Notes: a model not told the origin generated them from the sequence alone. Shown: positions 1 through 12,683, numbered from the stretch's first letter. The stretch is DNA of 64,000 nt from Eledone cirrhosa (GCA_964016885.1 OZ024752.1:10974001-11038000), one strand, 5' to 3'. Numbers and translations: made by a program.

Positions 1-36
1 GTTATCATTAATATTATTATTTTTATTATTATTACT

Positions 37-812
37 TTTATATCCTTACGGGGTCGATAAAATAAAATACCAGTAATGTACTGAGATAATTGCTGGCCTT
101 GTGCCAAAAGTAGAAACAATTATTATTACTATTATAATTGAAAGAGTGTCAGAGAGATGTAAAAGTGCTTTAAATTATTTTCCAGCTTCATTTCTAAGGT
201 CGATTAAATAAAGTACTTCGCTCGATATTATCGAATCAACATCGCCTAAAAACTTCTGATATTGTGTTCACGATAAACCGTCATTATAGAGCGAAATTAA
301 CGTATATTCGCGAAATCTCCATGTTATCTCGGATCAGCTTGTCAGAACATCAACAGCTGAATTAAAGAAACACAAATAACAACAACAATAGCGATAAAAA
401 TAATTGTTTCTACTCTTGGCGCAAGGCCAGCAATTATCCCAGTGTATAACTGGTACTTTCTTTTATCGACCCCGTAATGATGAAAGGCACAGTTAATCCC
501 GCCGACGTTAACTTTGCCTTTTCGTCCATACGGGGGCGATAAAATAAAGTACCAGTAATGCAATAAGATAATTGCTGGCCTTGTGCCAAAAGTAAAAACA
601 ATTATATTTTAGCTGCTGTTGGCCGTGAATTGGTAATATCGGAAGAGGGCCGGACGCCATGCTTTCTGGCATAGATACGCTCTTTTACGGTCTGAGTTCA
701 AATCCCGTCGAGGTTAACTTTGCCTTTCATACTTACGGGGTGGTCGATAAAATAAAGTACCAGTTATACACTGGGATAATTGCTGGCCTTGTGACAAAAG
801 TAGAAACAATTA
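37..812. mobile_element. Cluster of tRNA-derived SINE family A fragments (37-122 +, 400-500 -, 505-600 +, 640-812 +)
   Basis: Repeated core gcctttcatccttacggggtcgataaaataaagtaccagtaatgcactgg...gccttgtgccaaaagtagaaacaatt; B box gagttcaaatcc at ~694. Confidence 0.85.
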
Positions 813-926
813 TTGTTATCGTTATTGTAGTTGTTATTTGTGTTTATTTGATTCAGCTGTGGATGTTCTTAGAAGCCGATTCGAGATAACATGGAGATTT
901 GGCGAATATACGTTAATTTCGCTCTA
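287..926. repeat. Diverged inverted duplication; arms ~287-500 and ~710-926, each including a SINE tail
   Basis: tagagcgaaattaacgtatattcgc... at 287 is the reverse complement of ...gcgaatatacgttaatttcgctcta ending at 926. Both arms carry the same SINE variant (cagttatacactgggataattgc). Confidence 0.8.
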
Positions 927-1226
927 TGTTTTTCTACATAGCCTCCAGATTTGTTAAGAATTGTACACAATCAAACATACATATTAGTTTCTTTCCAAGG
1001 TCTCATGTACTTTACAAGCTTCAGTAAATTAAATATCGTTTGCAGAAGATATATTTAAATAACACATACATTTTATTGCTTCTCATGCAGTTTTGTTTTG
1101 TTTGATTTTTTCACAAAACATTTCCTAACTTTCATCCTTAAAGATCACTCGTTTTCTCTATCAGAATCTGAAGACACATACACGCTTGCTCACATACAGT
1201 CAAACACTGACAGTGTGTGTGTCTAT

Positions 1227-1829
1227 ATGGTGGCTGCCAACTCGTTTTTTAGTACGGCTACTACTTTATATCCATGTAGGAGAACCCCTACCGATGCGCT
1301 GAACGAGTGTCACTTTTTACTCCAGCCAGCGACTTGAAAACTCTGGTTCAAACACTACACTTGTGACAATTATTGACACATAGTGCTGGACCCTTGGTAC
1401 CATGTGACGACAAGTGCAGAGAGATCTCCAGATATAAAGCAATGCCTGTGCCGTGAAGCTTTTATAGTGAGCAAAGGCACTGCACAAAGCCAGTCCCACT
1501 CTCTTAACCAAGATGATATTTACCAAAAAGAAGAACAAGTCAACATCATTGGATACCATCAGGGTTGCAGGTGTTATATCAGAGTTTTCCTTCTCCTAGA
1601 ATTCTGCCTTGACAAAGGCTAAGGGGTCACCTCTCCCAGTGATTTTGGATGGCCATTGACTCTTCAGAGCTCCTTTGCCAGGTTTTGTTTTTAGTCCTGC
1701 AGGATGTCCAAAGTCACCCTCCTCACCAAGAAACCTTGGTTGGGTTGCCAGTTTAGTCGCCAACGACCCGACCAATAGACAGGTTGTACTGAGATACATG
1801 TTACCAGTAGCACCAACTGGTGACCTGAC
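1227..1829 (-). mobile_element. ~600-bp non-autonomous RTE-derived retroelement (family B), full-length copy
   Basis: Near-identical to 7005-7614 and 52226-52835. The minus strand carries the RTE 5'UTR-type motif ctaggagaaggaaaactctga and ends ...gagttggcagccaccat next to a simple-repeat tail. Confidence 0.75.
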
Positions 1830-1857
1830 ATGCACACATACATACACACACATTATA

Positions 1858-1899
<42 letters not shown>

Positions 1900-1941
1900 T
1901 AGGTAAATATACACGGGTGTGTATGATTGTGTATAGAAGAT

Positions 1942-2187
1942 TATATTAATAAGAGGAATTCCAACTTTGTCTGATTTACTCGTTTTATTTACAATCCTTT
2001 AAAATATATATAATGGTATTATAATGAAATAGTATGATAGAATATTAAATTCTAAGTGTTAATTGAACAATTAACACTTAGAATTTAATATTCTATCATA
2101 CTATTTCATTATAATACCATTATATATATTTTAAAGGATTGTAAATAAAACGAGTAAATCAGACAAAGTTGGAATTCCTCTTATTAA

Positions 2188-2191
<4 letters not shown>
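1942..2191. repeat. Perfect 250-bp palindrome (124-bp arms, 2-nt spacer)
   Basis: Centre aagtgttaattg-aa-caattaacactt at 2066-2067; the arms read as exact reverse complements. Confidence 0.95.
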
Positions 2192-2218
<27 letters not shown>

Positions 2219-2313
2219 GATGGTTGCCCCCTCGTTCTCGAGTATGGCCATTGCACTAGGAAAAAAAAACACCCAAAATACATAATAATGACTATAATAA
2301 TAATAATAATAAT

Positions 2314-2430
2314 AATTGTTTCTACGTTAGGCACAAGGCCAGCAATTAACCAGTGCATTACTGGTACTTTATTTTATCGACCCCGTAAGGATGAAAGGCA
2401 AGTTAACCTCGGTGGGATTTGAACTCAGAA
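2314..2430 (-). mobile_element. SINE family A, 5'-truncated, inserted in the RTE 3' region
   Basis: Reverse complement of the SINE core and B box. Confidence 0.85.
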
Positions 2431-2450
2431 CAACAACAATAATAATATGC

Positions 2451-2496
<46 letters not shown>

Positions 2497-2541
2497 GTGC
2501 GCACACACAACAAATCTACACGCACACACACACGATAGCAA

Positions 2542-5500
2542 CTAACAGTGCTGCGATCGAATGTGGCTTTTTAGCCTAGCCAATGATCTAAAATGTCTTG
2601 CACAGAGATGGCAAACAAAACATCACTGGGAATAGTCGGCTGTGGTTGGAGTTCATGTACCTTTTCATGTCATTTGAGCCCTCCTGCTGATTTACATTCT
2701 CTACCACATGTTTGGCAAGCGTGATGAGTAGCATCTCCAACAGCAGCCTGGTAGTCAACCACTGGTTTTACTTTATGACTGCGAAGATGACTTTTGAGTC
2801 CAGCTTTGCTTAGGCAGAGTCTCGCACAGACGCTGCATGTCAGCATCATAGGACCTTCGCCGTCTGGAAATGCAACAGCAATGCCCTTCCTCACATCCCG
2901 CTTTACTTTCTCGTATGCGATTCGAGATGCCTCAAAGGCAACTTTTCCCTCATATACACTCTTTCTCCATTTATTACGATCAGCAGCAACATTTTCACAT
3001 GTATCAGCAGAGATGTTAGCGTCTTTCAAAGAGGCTTTCAAGGAATCCTTATACCTCTTTTTTGTTTTATGTGGCGGTCGTTTTCCTTTAACTAACTCTC
3101 CATAAAAGAGTTGTTTTAATATTCTAGAATCCTTGACCACTCCAACGGAGTCGTTGCTTAAGCACAAGAGCTTCTATACTGTCACACATAGAGCTTTCCA
3201 AAATCTCGACACCACTGATGTGGTCCCTCTAGTGAACGCCATGGATCCGTCTGAGACACATCTTATGGAAACGCTCCAATTGCTTAAGATGGTGTCGATA
3301 TATGACCCAGGTCTCGCAGGCATAAAGAAGAGATGAGAGCACACCTGCCTTGTACACCTTTACCTTTGTCTTCTTGCATATGTCTCGCCGACCCGAGAGT
3401 CCCGTTTCTAGCTTTCTGAAAGCATCAGTTGCTTTCCTAATCCTGAGTGGGATTTCATTATCAAGGTTGCTGTATCGATTGACAGTGCTTCCCAGGTAGA
3501 CAAACTGATCAACCACTCCAAATTGTTTACCATACACAAAGATATTTGGTTCAGTGTACTGCTTACCAGGGGCAGGTTGGTACATGACGACGGTTTTGTT
3601 TAGACTGACAGTCAATCCTAGGGCAGCGCAAGCACCAGAAAATGCATTCAAAAATGTGCTGCATACCAGTCTCTGTGTGCGCTACAAGATCGCAATCATC
3701 TGCATACAAGAGGTCTCTTTTGTTTTTGCAGCAAAGCGCCTGATGTTAAATATGCTGCCTGGGGTTCGATATCGGATGTAAACACCATGCTCGCAATTCC
3801 TGAATGCAATATAGAAAACCATTGCCAAGTATATGGCAAACAGTCGGTGCTGGAATATCACCTGTTTCACTCCATGTTTTACTGAGATAGGCTCCGACAT
3901 GTTACCTCCGACATTAACCCGAGCCTTCATGTCGTCATGGAAAGACCCGACTAAAGCAAGGAACTTATCAGAGCTACCAAGTTTCTGGAGAACCTTCCAT
4001 AATGCATTTCTGTTAACAGTATCGAAAGCTTTTGTCAGATCGACAAAAACCTGATACAGATCCAAACCTTGTTCCATGCACTTCTCCTGGAGCAGTCTAG
4101 CTGACAAGATCATATCAGTAGTGCCGCGTCCAGCACGAAAACCAGACTGACTTTCAGGAAGAACACAATCTGCAATGTGTGTCAGCAGACGGTCCAGAAG
4201 CACCCTACATAAAACTTTCCCTACGACAGAAAGCAATGATATACCTCTGTAGTTCCCACAATCATTCCTGTTACACTTTCCCTTGTACAAGACCACCATT
4301 ACTGCCTCTCTCCAGTCCTCAGGTACGGATTCATTAGCCCATATCCTGCCAAACAAAGATTGAAGATGTTGCAGGAGTCTCTCACCACCATATTGTAGGA
4401 GCTCTGCATGTATGCCATCCATACCTGGAGACCTTCCACTGTTCAGCTTCGAGATAGCCACTGCAACCTCCACAAGCGTCGGAGGTTCTGCGAGAGCTAC
4501 TTTCACGGGACTTTCTGGAATGAGATTGAGGAAATCTTCATTGATGACAGACGGCTGATTCAAAAGCTCATGAAAGTGCTCTCGCCACCTTCGTACAATT
4601 CCTTGTGAGTCACGAAGAAGTTATTTGCCATCCTTGCTGCGAAGCGGTGTCACCAGAGAAGAAGACGGTCCATAGACTTCACGCAAGAGACTATAAAACA
4701 GCTTCATGTTGTTGGAATCTGACGCAGCCTTCTCACTCCACCACTGATGTTTCAAATCCTTGAGTTCCTTATGCAACATATTCTTCTCCTTTGGTTTTGC
4801 CGTCAAGTAGCATCTATATGTTCATCATTCTCATTAAACCAGTCTTGATGTTTTCTCTGCACCAATCCCAGAACACGCCTGCCTACATCATAAACCGACT
4901 TTTTAAGGGTCGGCCAATCCTCATCAAGAACTGCAACCTGCATCTCTTCTCGCAATGTCCTCTTCACATTTTTATCCCTAAGATGAGCATCATTCAATCT
5001 TCTGTGCAGGGCAACACAAAGAGCCCGGATTTTACGTTTAGTGATTAGTTTCACTTTTGCGCGTACTAGGCGGTGGTCTGTCAAGCACTCAGCTCCAAGA
5101 AGAGCACGAACACTGCACATCCCGTCTGTCACGCATCCTAACTAGGACGTAGTCAAAAAGATGCCATTCCTTAGATGCAGGATGCATCCATGTAGTCTTA
5201 AATTTGTTCTTTTATTGGAACATGGTGTTGGTAATACACAGATCCAGCTCCTCACACATCTGCAGCAGGAGCATACCATTGTTGTTACACTTTCCCACCC
5301 CATGCCTTCCGATTACATTCCATGTGTTAAAATCCCTACCCACTCTAGCATTAAAGTCACTAAGCACGATGACTGTCTGCCTGAGGGATATTTCTTAAAA
5401 CTCTTTTCAAGGAATGGTAAAATATCACTTTTTCTTCATCGACAGAATTCATAGCTGGAGCATACACACTCACCAGGGTCGCATATCTTCCTTTGTCCAG

Positions 5501-5830
5501 CTGAATTCTCATGGACATAAGACGCTCACTAATCCCTACTGTTTATTCTTCTAATTTATTCACGAGAACAGTCTTAACAGCAAATGCTACCCTAGCCTTT
5601 TTCTGGTTCCTTCATCTCTTCCTTTCCAGAAGAATGTATATTCTCCACAAAATTCCATAAGATGACCATCTCCAGCTAACCTCGTCTCAGATAAAGCTAC
5701 GATGTCAAGACCGTAACGTCGAAGCTCCTTTGCAACAATAGCGGTCCTTCGTTTAGGACGTTCCAAGGAATTCCTGTCAAACAGCGTCCGTACGTTCCAG
5801 CAGCCACGACTAAATGCCTTGTTTGGCTCT
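2542..5830 (-). pseudogene. RTE endonuclease/reverse transcriptase pseudogene ending in three C2H2 zinc fingers
   Basis: ORF pieces 5587-5961, 4803-5132, 4621-4806, 3682-4563, 3229-3651 and 2670-3167. Fingers: CSVCARLCLSKAGLKSHLRSH, CQTCGRECKSAGGLK*HEKVH and, after a 1-nt frameshift, CHLCARHFRSLARLKSHIRSQH. Confidence 0.9.
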
Positions 5831-6426
5831 ATTACAGTGGCACAGTGACGAGCGGGCCCAGGCTGTGATAACCTGGGATCCCTGCCCTTATTGCCAATTA
5901 TCTCTTTTGTTCCAGAACCGTTATTGCCAATTATCTCTTTTATATTGTTTTGGAACATCATTGTATTGGAAAAAGAAAAATAAAGTAATAATAATAGTAA
6001 TAATAATAATAATAATTATTATTATTATTATTAATTAATGCAATCGTGCAATGCCTGTGCGTGAAGAATATTTTTTAAAGTGAAGAATGACTGTGCACTG
6101 AGCCAATCCCACTCTATGAGCGACAGTAGCTATAACCCGAAAAGAAGAAAAGATCAACATCATCGGTTACTACTGAGCCGCAGGTTTTATGTCAGAGTTA
6201 ACCCAGTTTCCTGAGATGCCTTCTCCTAGAAAAATGCCCGACAAGGGCTAGGGGTTCTTCACTCCCAGCGGTTTAACTGCGCGATCGGGTATCCAGCCCG
6301 ACTATTTCTATGTCCCCGCGCATAAAAAAAACTCACTTATTGACACTCATACGTACGACACACACACACAATGCCCGCGCACCCACCAACACTCATGCAT
6401 ACAAACAAACACACACACACACTACT

Positions 6427-6487
<61 letters not shown>

Positions 6488-6630
6488 CCGTCATTACTGA
6501 TACAAGATTACAAGATTATGTCAACTGTTGACTTTCGAAAAAGTTCGTATAGTTGAAGCCGTCCGTGTTACGGTTATATATATATATATACACATATATA
6601 TATATATACATACATACATATATATATATA

Positions 6631-6805
6631 CGAGGGCTATCCCAAAAGTAGGGTCTCCTTCCGAAAGTGCAACTTTTCCGTTAAAATCATGTGGATGGTG
6701 CTTCGGGAAACCTCAGGAACCAAAATGCAGTGAACATCAGAGTGATCCGCCGATCTTTACGCATGTTTTCCTCAGAAGGAGACCTTACTTTTGGGATTGC
6801 CCTCT
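6631..6805. mobile_element. Mariner-type MITE with ~30-bp imperfect TIRs, inserted at TA
   Basis: cgagggctatcccaaaagtagggtctccttc ... gaaggagaccttacttttgggattgccctc, flanked by (TA)n. Confidence 0.75.
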
Positions 6806-6811
6806 ATATAA

Positions 6812-6987
6812 TAACTGCGCGAAATTCGTACTTGGCGGTAGCGTTCAATGGGAGCTCCATTCTCAACGGCTGCCAAACCAAGATTAAGCATCCCAGCGAA
6901 GTGCGCGCTTGCTTGTTTGGAAGTGAAGGAAGCACCAATCACAACAGTGCTGCCAACAAACGTACGAAGTTTCTCTGCGTCCCCTCG
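6812..6987. mobile_element. Terminal fragment of a second mariner-like element
   Basis: Ends in ...aagtttctctgcgtcccctcg-TA, the reverse complement of a TA-CGAGGGG mariner-type TIR start. Confidence 0.5.
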
Positions 6988-7004
6988 TATATATACATAC
7001 ATAC

Positions 7005-7614
7005 ATGGTGGCTGCCAACTCGTTTTCGAGTACGGCCACTACTTTATATCCATGTAGGAGAACCCCTATCGATGCGCTGAACGAGTGTGACTTTTTAGTC
7101 CAGCCAGCGACTTGAAAACTCTGGTATAAACACTACACTTGTGACAATTATTGACACATAGTGCTGGACCCATGGTACCATGTGACGACAAGTGCAGAGA
7201 GATCTCCAGATATAAAGCAATGCCTGTGCCGTGAAGCTTTTATAGTGAGCAAAGGCACTGCACAAAGCCAGTCCCACTCTCTTAACCAAGATGATATTTA
7301 CCAAAAAGAAGAACAAGTCAACATCATTGGATACCATCATGGTTGCAGGTGTTATATCAGAGTTTTCCTTCTCCTAGAATTCTGCCTTGACAAAGGCTAA
7401 GGGGTCATCTCTCCCGGTGATTTTGGATGGCCATTGACTCTTAAGAGCTTCTTTGCCCTTTGACAGGTTTTGTTTTTAGTCCTGCAGGATGTCCAAAGTC
7501 ACCCTCCTCACCAAGAAACCTTGGTGGGGCTGCCAGTTTAGTCGCCAACGACCCGACCATGAGACAGGTTGTACTGGGATACATGTTACCAGTAGCACCA
7601 GCTGGTGACCTGAC
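7005..7614 (-). mobile_element. Family B non-autonomous RTE-derived element, full-length
   Basis: Highly similar to 1227-1829 over its whole length; flanked by (TACA)n. Confidence 0.8.
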
Positions 7615-7820
7615 ACATACATACATACATACATACATACATACATACATACATACATACATACATACATACATACATACATACACACCTATATATATAC
7701 ATACAAACATATATATATACATACATTCATACACACCTATATATATATACATTCACACACACATTCACACATACCTATATATATATATACACAAACATAT
7801 ATATACACATACATACACAC

Positions 7821-7868
<48 letters not shown>

Positions 7869-8301
7869 GAATAGAAATGGCAGTGTAGTTGCTATTTAAG
7901 GTAACTTAAGGTAACTTAAGGTAACTTAAAATGCAGTGGGAATACGAAGAAAGCAAGAACAGGGGGGGGGGGTATGTTTTTCTCATCAGTTGTCTACTGG
8001 GGGTTTAGTATATTTCTACGCTTTAAAGACAACATACCTCGCCCCAGGGCGTCAATAACTGGATAAGTTATTGGGAAAACGAAGGAAGGAGGAAAGGAAA
8101 CCAAGGGGGAAGAAAAGAGAAGCAGTAACAAAACAGCAAAAAAAAACACAAACCCAACAATGTGCGAGCAACTATAGGTTGGCAATTCAAAACCACTCGA
8201 TAAGAGATCATAAGTTCAAGCCCGATAATCGAAAGAAAGGACACACGTCCGATGGCCGCAGTTGTAAGTGAGAAGAGAACTGCTAAACGGTCAGACGAGG
8301 A

Positions 8302-8810
8302 GGAGAAAGGGAGAGGAAGAAAGTGGGGTAAGAGTAGATAGGGAGAAAGGGAGAGGAAGAAACTGGGGTAAGTGTAGATAGGGAGAAAGGGAGAGGAAGA
8401 AAGTGGGGTAAGAGTAGATAGGGAGAAAGGGAGTGGAAGAAAGTGGGGTAAGAGTAGATAGGGAGAAAGGGAGTGGAAGAAAGTGGGGTAAGAGTAGATA
8501 GGAGAAAGGGAAGGGAAGAAGGTGGGGTAAGGGGAGAAAGGGAGAGGAAGAAAGTGGGGTGAGAGTAGATAGGGAGAAAGGGAAGGGAAGAAAGTGGGGT
8601 AAGAGTAGATAGGGAGAAAGGGAGGGGAAGAAAGTGGGGTGAAAGTAGATAGGGAGAAAGGGAAGGGAAGAAAGTGGGGTAAGAGTAGATAGGGAGAAAG
8701 GGAAGGGAAGAAAGAGGGGTAAGAGTAGATAGGGAGAAAGGGAAGGGAAGAAAGTGGGGTAAGAGTAGATAGGGAGAAAGGGAGAGGAAGAAAGTGGGGT
8801 AAGAGTAGAA
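8302..8810 (+). repeat. Purine-rich 40-bp minisatellite, ~12 copies
   Basis: Unit gggagaaagggagaggaagaaagtggggtaagagtagata. Confidence 0.95.
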
Positions 8811-9069
8811 AGTGGCGAAATAGGTAGGTAGAAGGGGAGAGAAGAATGGTCACAGCGAAAAACATGATGAAATATATGGAGGATATAGAAATGGCTGTGT
8901 AGTTGGCATTTAAGGTAACTTAAAATGCAATGAGAATACGATAAAAGAGCATAGCGAGACGTGGATATGTTCATTGTACATAAAAATATATATGATTTTA
9001 TATACACCTCAATTCTGAATTAACCGATATTATTGCCAGTGTGTGAGAAAGTGAATACACACACAGGCA

Positions 9070-9369
9070 CATTATATATATATATATATACATTATATAA
9101 ATATATACATATACATTTAGATTATATATATATATGTACACATATACATTATATAATATATACATATACACATATACATTATATAATATATACATATACA
9201 CAGATTATATATATATATACACACATATACATTATATAATATATACATATACACATATACATTATATAATATATACATATACACAGATTATATATATATA
9301 TACACATATACATTATATAATATATACATTTACACATATACATTATATAATATATACATATACACAGAT

Positions 9370-9400
<31 letters not shown>

Positions 9401-9505
9401 GCATATCTATATATATATATACATACACACACACACACAATTTATATATATATATACTCACACAATCATATATTTTCTCTCTCTCACACACACACACACA
9501 CACAG

Positions 9506-9546
<41 letters not shown>

Positions 9547-9600
9547 TCTCTCACTCTCTCACACACAGAAAATATACATACATATATATATAGCCATATA
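9070..9600. repeat. Compound TA/CA microsatellite and minisatellite
   Basis: Repeated cacatatacattatataatatatacatata units plus (TA)n and (CA)n. Confidence 0.9.
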
Positions 9601-10619
9601 TGTGGGGAAGGATTATATATATATATTTATTATAGATACTTATGCTAGATATGTGTTCAATTGTATGTAGTTTTCTGTCGGTGTAATAGTAGAAGATCTG
9701 TGTACTGTTGTATAGGCAGACATTTTATTCTTTCCTTTTCGTCTCTGTTCAGTGATTTGTAACAGTTTGTGTTCTATGTATTGAAGATATATTAAACTAC
9801 ATTTCATCATTTTACTTTTCTCGTGCTTCATTCTTTTCCTTTTCTTTTTCTTGTTCAGAGTTCAAATTACGCAGCTAAAGTATTTGACCTTTTCCTATAT
9901 ATGTGATCTCGTCGGAGCAATATCTTTAGAATCTTTTGGATTTTATTATTGCTTTTCTTGTATCTGATAGAAGGTAGGGACTGGATTATTGTTTTGATGA
10001 AATATACGTATTTCGTTTATTTTATTCCCCGTCATTTATGTTTTTCTTATTTATCTGGGTCTAAGAAATGGGTTTGATTAATAGTTTTGGTGAATGCGTC
10101 CGATGATTGCAGATGTTAAGAAAATTATACTGACTTCGTTACTTCTAAGCATGGCATAGTATATATTTTAAGGCAGCATGCAAATTGGATTGTATCTTTT
10201 GCTTCTTTTAAATATCTTGCCATTGTAAGTACGATAAACATGAATGTATAACATGATTTCTTTTCTGTGTCGTCTTTTTTTTTTCTACTAATTGAGATTG
10301 TTCTTATTATTGATATTATTTCATGGTTCTCAATCGATCAGGATGATGCAGTTCTATTGAAAAAAGTTGGTATTAGCAGAGTGATTCCAAAGGAACGTAA
10401 TCCAGTGTATCCTTCATTTATATAGAATAACATTTGTCGGGTATTTCTAGCTAGTCGAAATATCATATAAATATATACTCTCTGAATATATTTACTTGGT
10501 GCATCAGAAAGGAAACAGGATAGGGCCGTAGAAAATCAAAAAAAAAAATCCCAAAACATAAACTACAAGTTTTCCCCTTCGATATAATTCCTCTCTAGTA
10601 AAACGGATTTTCTCCATCA

Positions 10620-11145
10620 CCGTCGAGCCTCCATGCACTCCTAGGCGGTTTCTCACCAGCTGCGTCTTCACGGTATTCATGATGATTTCTACCTCTGGAC
10701 AACTGGTCCCCATAAACGATCACAGGTGCTGACTCTCCCGAACAAGTCTGGTTCGGTTTCAAGACGATCCAGGTTTTTTCCAAACCCACGCTGTTCATCA
10801 TTCAGAACCTTCGGCATCACCTTCGCGTAGATCTTCCCCATTTCCAAAATTTCGATGGTAATGTCCAAACGCTGCCGCAGTTCAGTAGAACAGTCAGCCT
10901 GCTATCGCCACGTACCACGCAGCTCTTACGCTCAACCATGCCCTCAATCCTGCTCATTGGAGTCCTTCCACACCTCACGTCGTCTTTCTCGTCCTCGTAT
11001 TTGTCATAGAACCTTTTTCTGCCCTTGGAAAACGCATGAGTGCGACATCGTCTCATTGACGTACACTTGCTACATTGTTCTAAGAGCTTCTAGTGTAGTT
11101 TTTCCCCAGCTGGAGGAGAAACTTCTGGCTGGTTCGTTGATGTGT
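10620..11145 (-). pseudogene. Decayed mariner transposase fragment (N-terminal HTH region through the first catalytic Asp)
   Basis: Manual translation across frameshifts gives QRTSQKFLLQLGK, QVYVNETMS, KRFYDKYEDEKDDVRCGRTP, VRGDSRLTV, KVMPKVLNDEQ and EPDLFGRVSTCD, matching mariner motifs (DDxRSGRP, WVPxxL, ITGDE). Confidence 0.65.
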
Positions 11146-11355
11146 GCTCATCGCTCGACGGCTGAAAACTGGTGAGCTGGTAGCAAAAGCTGGTGAGTGA
11201 AAAAAAACATACAACAGCTGTGGATATTTCGTTACACATTGAAGCAACACGCTAAACCATACCCCACTCATAGCTCACACAGCACTCAGTCGTGTTACTT
11301 TTCCAATTCCCATCGTATACTGTGATTTGTCTATATTATCTTCTGTGTTGATAAA

Positions 11356-11660
11356 GCGGTGGATTGACAGTATCAGTAGATATGCAGCATAGAGTTACGG
11401 CCCGTTATATTTGCCTTTCATCCTTACGGTGTCGATAAAATAAAGTAGAAACACGCACTGGGATCGCTTTAATTGACTTTCCCTTCCCCAAAATTGCTGG
11501 CTTTGTGCCTATATATGAAACCATTATTATATTAAAGCCTGGCGGTGGATCGGCAGTATCGGTAGAGAGTCGGACGCCATTCTATGCAGTATAGAGTTAC
11601 GATCATTTATCGTCTGAGTTCAAAACCCGCCGAGGTTAACTTTGGTTTTCATCCTTACGC
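11356..11660 (+). mobile_element. Two tandem diverged SINE family A copies
   Basis: gcggtggattg...gcctttcatccttacggtgtcgataaaataaagt; A and B boxes present in the second copy. Confidence 0.8.
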
Positions 11661-12342
11661 GCCAACATAAAAAAACCATTATTATTAATATTTAGTAGTA
11701 TTAGTAGTAGTAGCAGCAGCAGCAGCAACAATATTAGTAGTAGTACCTGAATAGATAAATGTACATTCATATGACTATTGGTAAAACTGATTCTATTCAT
11801 TCATTTACGTATTTCTATAGTCAGCGATCTAACCCCGCTGTGGTCACCATTGACATTTCTTCTGTACAACAGAGTCTTTATAATATGAAATAGTCAATCA
11901 CTTGAGTCTATAGAAACAACTTTCCTCCTAATAGAAAAAGTGTGGCTTTGCCAGAAATCAATATTACTAGACAATGTTGTGTTATCTTTTCCTACATTAT
12001 GTGTCTTTTTATCATTGGTTTGTAACACTATGACATGACAGAATTTATGCAGCAGAAGATTAAATATTTCCTTGTAATGCGCTAATGACTAAGCAAGCCA
12101 CAAGTCTCTTCATGTGCTGCTTTGTTATAAGTAATTATATTTTTTTCCGATGTACTGATATTCAGAATTTCTCTTGAGAGGTTAATATAATTCCAAGGGA
12201 AATACATCCCGTCACACACGTCTCTCCTCCACAATATATGTCGGTGTATAGGTATTAGCGCGTCTGAATGTATTAGTTTTTAAAAAATAATTATACTAAA
12301 TATTTCTCATGGAATTTTAATGAAATACTGTATTACGCAAAC

Positions 12343-12604
12343 ACACACAAATAATCACACACACCACACACACACACACACTCACAAATAATCACACACC
12401 ACACACACACATATACACTCACAAATAATCACACACCACACACACACACATATACACTCACAAATAATCACACACCACACACACACACACACACACATAT
12501 ACACTCAAATAATCACACACCACACACACACATATACACTCACAAATAATCACACACCACACACACACATTTACACTCACAAATAATCACACACCACAGA
12601 CACC

Positions 12605-12612
<8 letters not shown>
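12343..12612. repeat. ~35-bp CA-rich minisatellite
   Basis: Unit cacaaataatcacacaccacacacacacatatacact, ~7 copies. Confidence 0.9.
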
Positions 12613-12642
<30 letters not shown>

Positions 12643-12683
12643 CGAAATATAAGTCAATTGCACGAACTCATAATCCTTTATTT

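Larger units (their letters stand above)
2215..6300 (-). mobile_element. Near-full-length decayed RTE-clade LINE: 5'UTR ~6040-6300, ORF remnants 2542-5830, putative 3' end ~2215-2260
   Basis: APE motifs CWNVRTL and DIVALSETRLAGDG..YTFFWKG; RT motifs GNYRGISLLS, LPESQSGFRAGRGTTDMI, FVDLTKAFDTVNR, FVYLGS and LLYACETW; multiple frameshifts and stops. Confidence 0.92.

Noticed and set aside
1317-1902. Recurrent 70-100 aa ORFs in family B copies
   Set aside because: They recur only because the repeat recurs, appear on both strands, and contain no recognisable domain.
7515-7614. Possible HDV-like ribozyme at the 5' end of family B (minus strand ...ggg-tcgttggcga-C-TAA-actgg, with upstream ccagt)
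   Set aside because: P2, P4 and J4/2-like pieces are present and RTE 5' ends are known to carry HDV-like ribozymes, but I could not build a convincing P1/P3/L3 by eye. An RNAMotif search on the family consensus is needed.
8068-9007. 265-aa and 238-aa Pro/Leu/Phe/Ser-rich ORFs
   Set aside because: They are translations of the 40-bp minisatellite.
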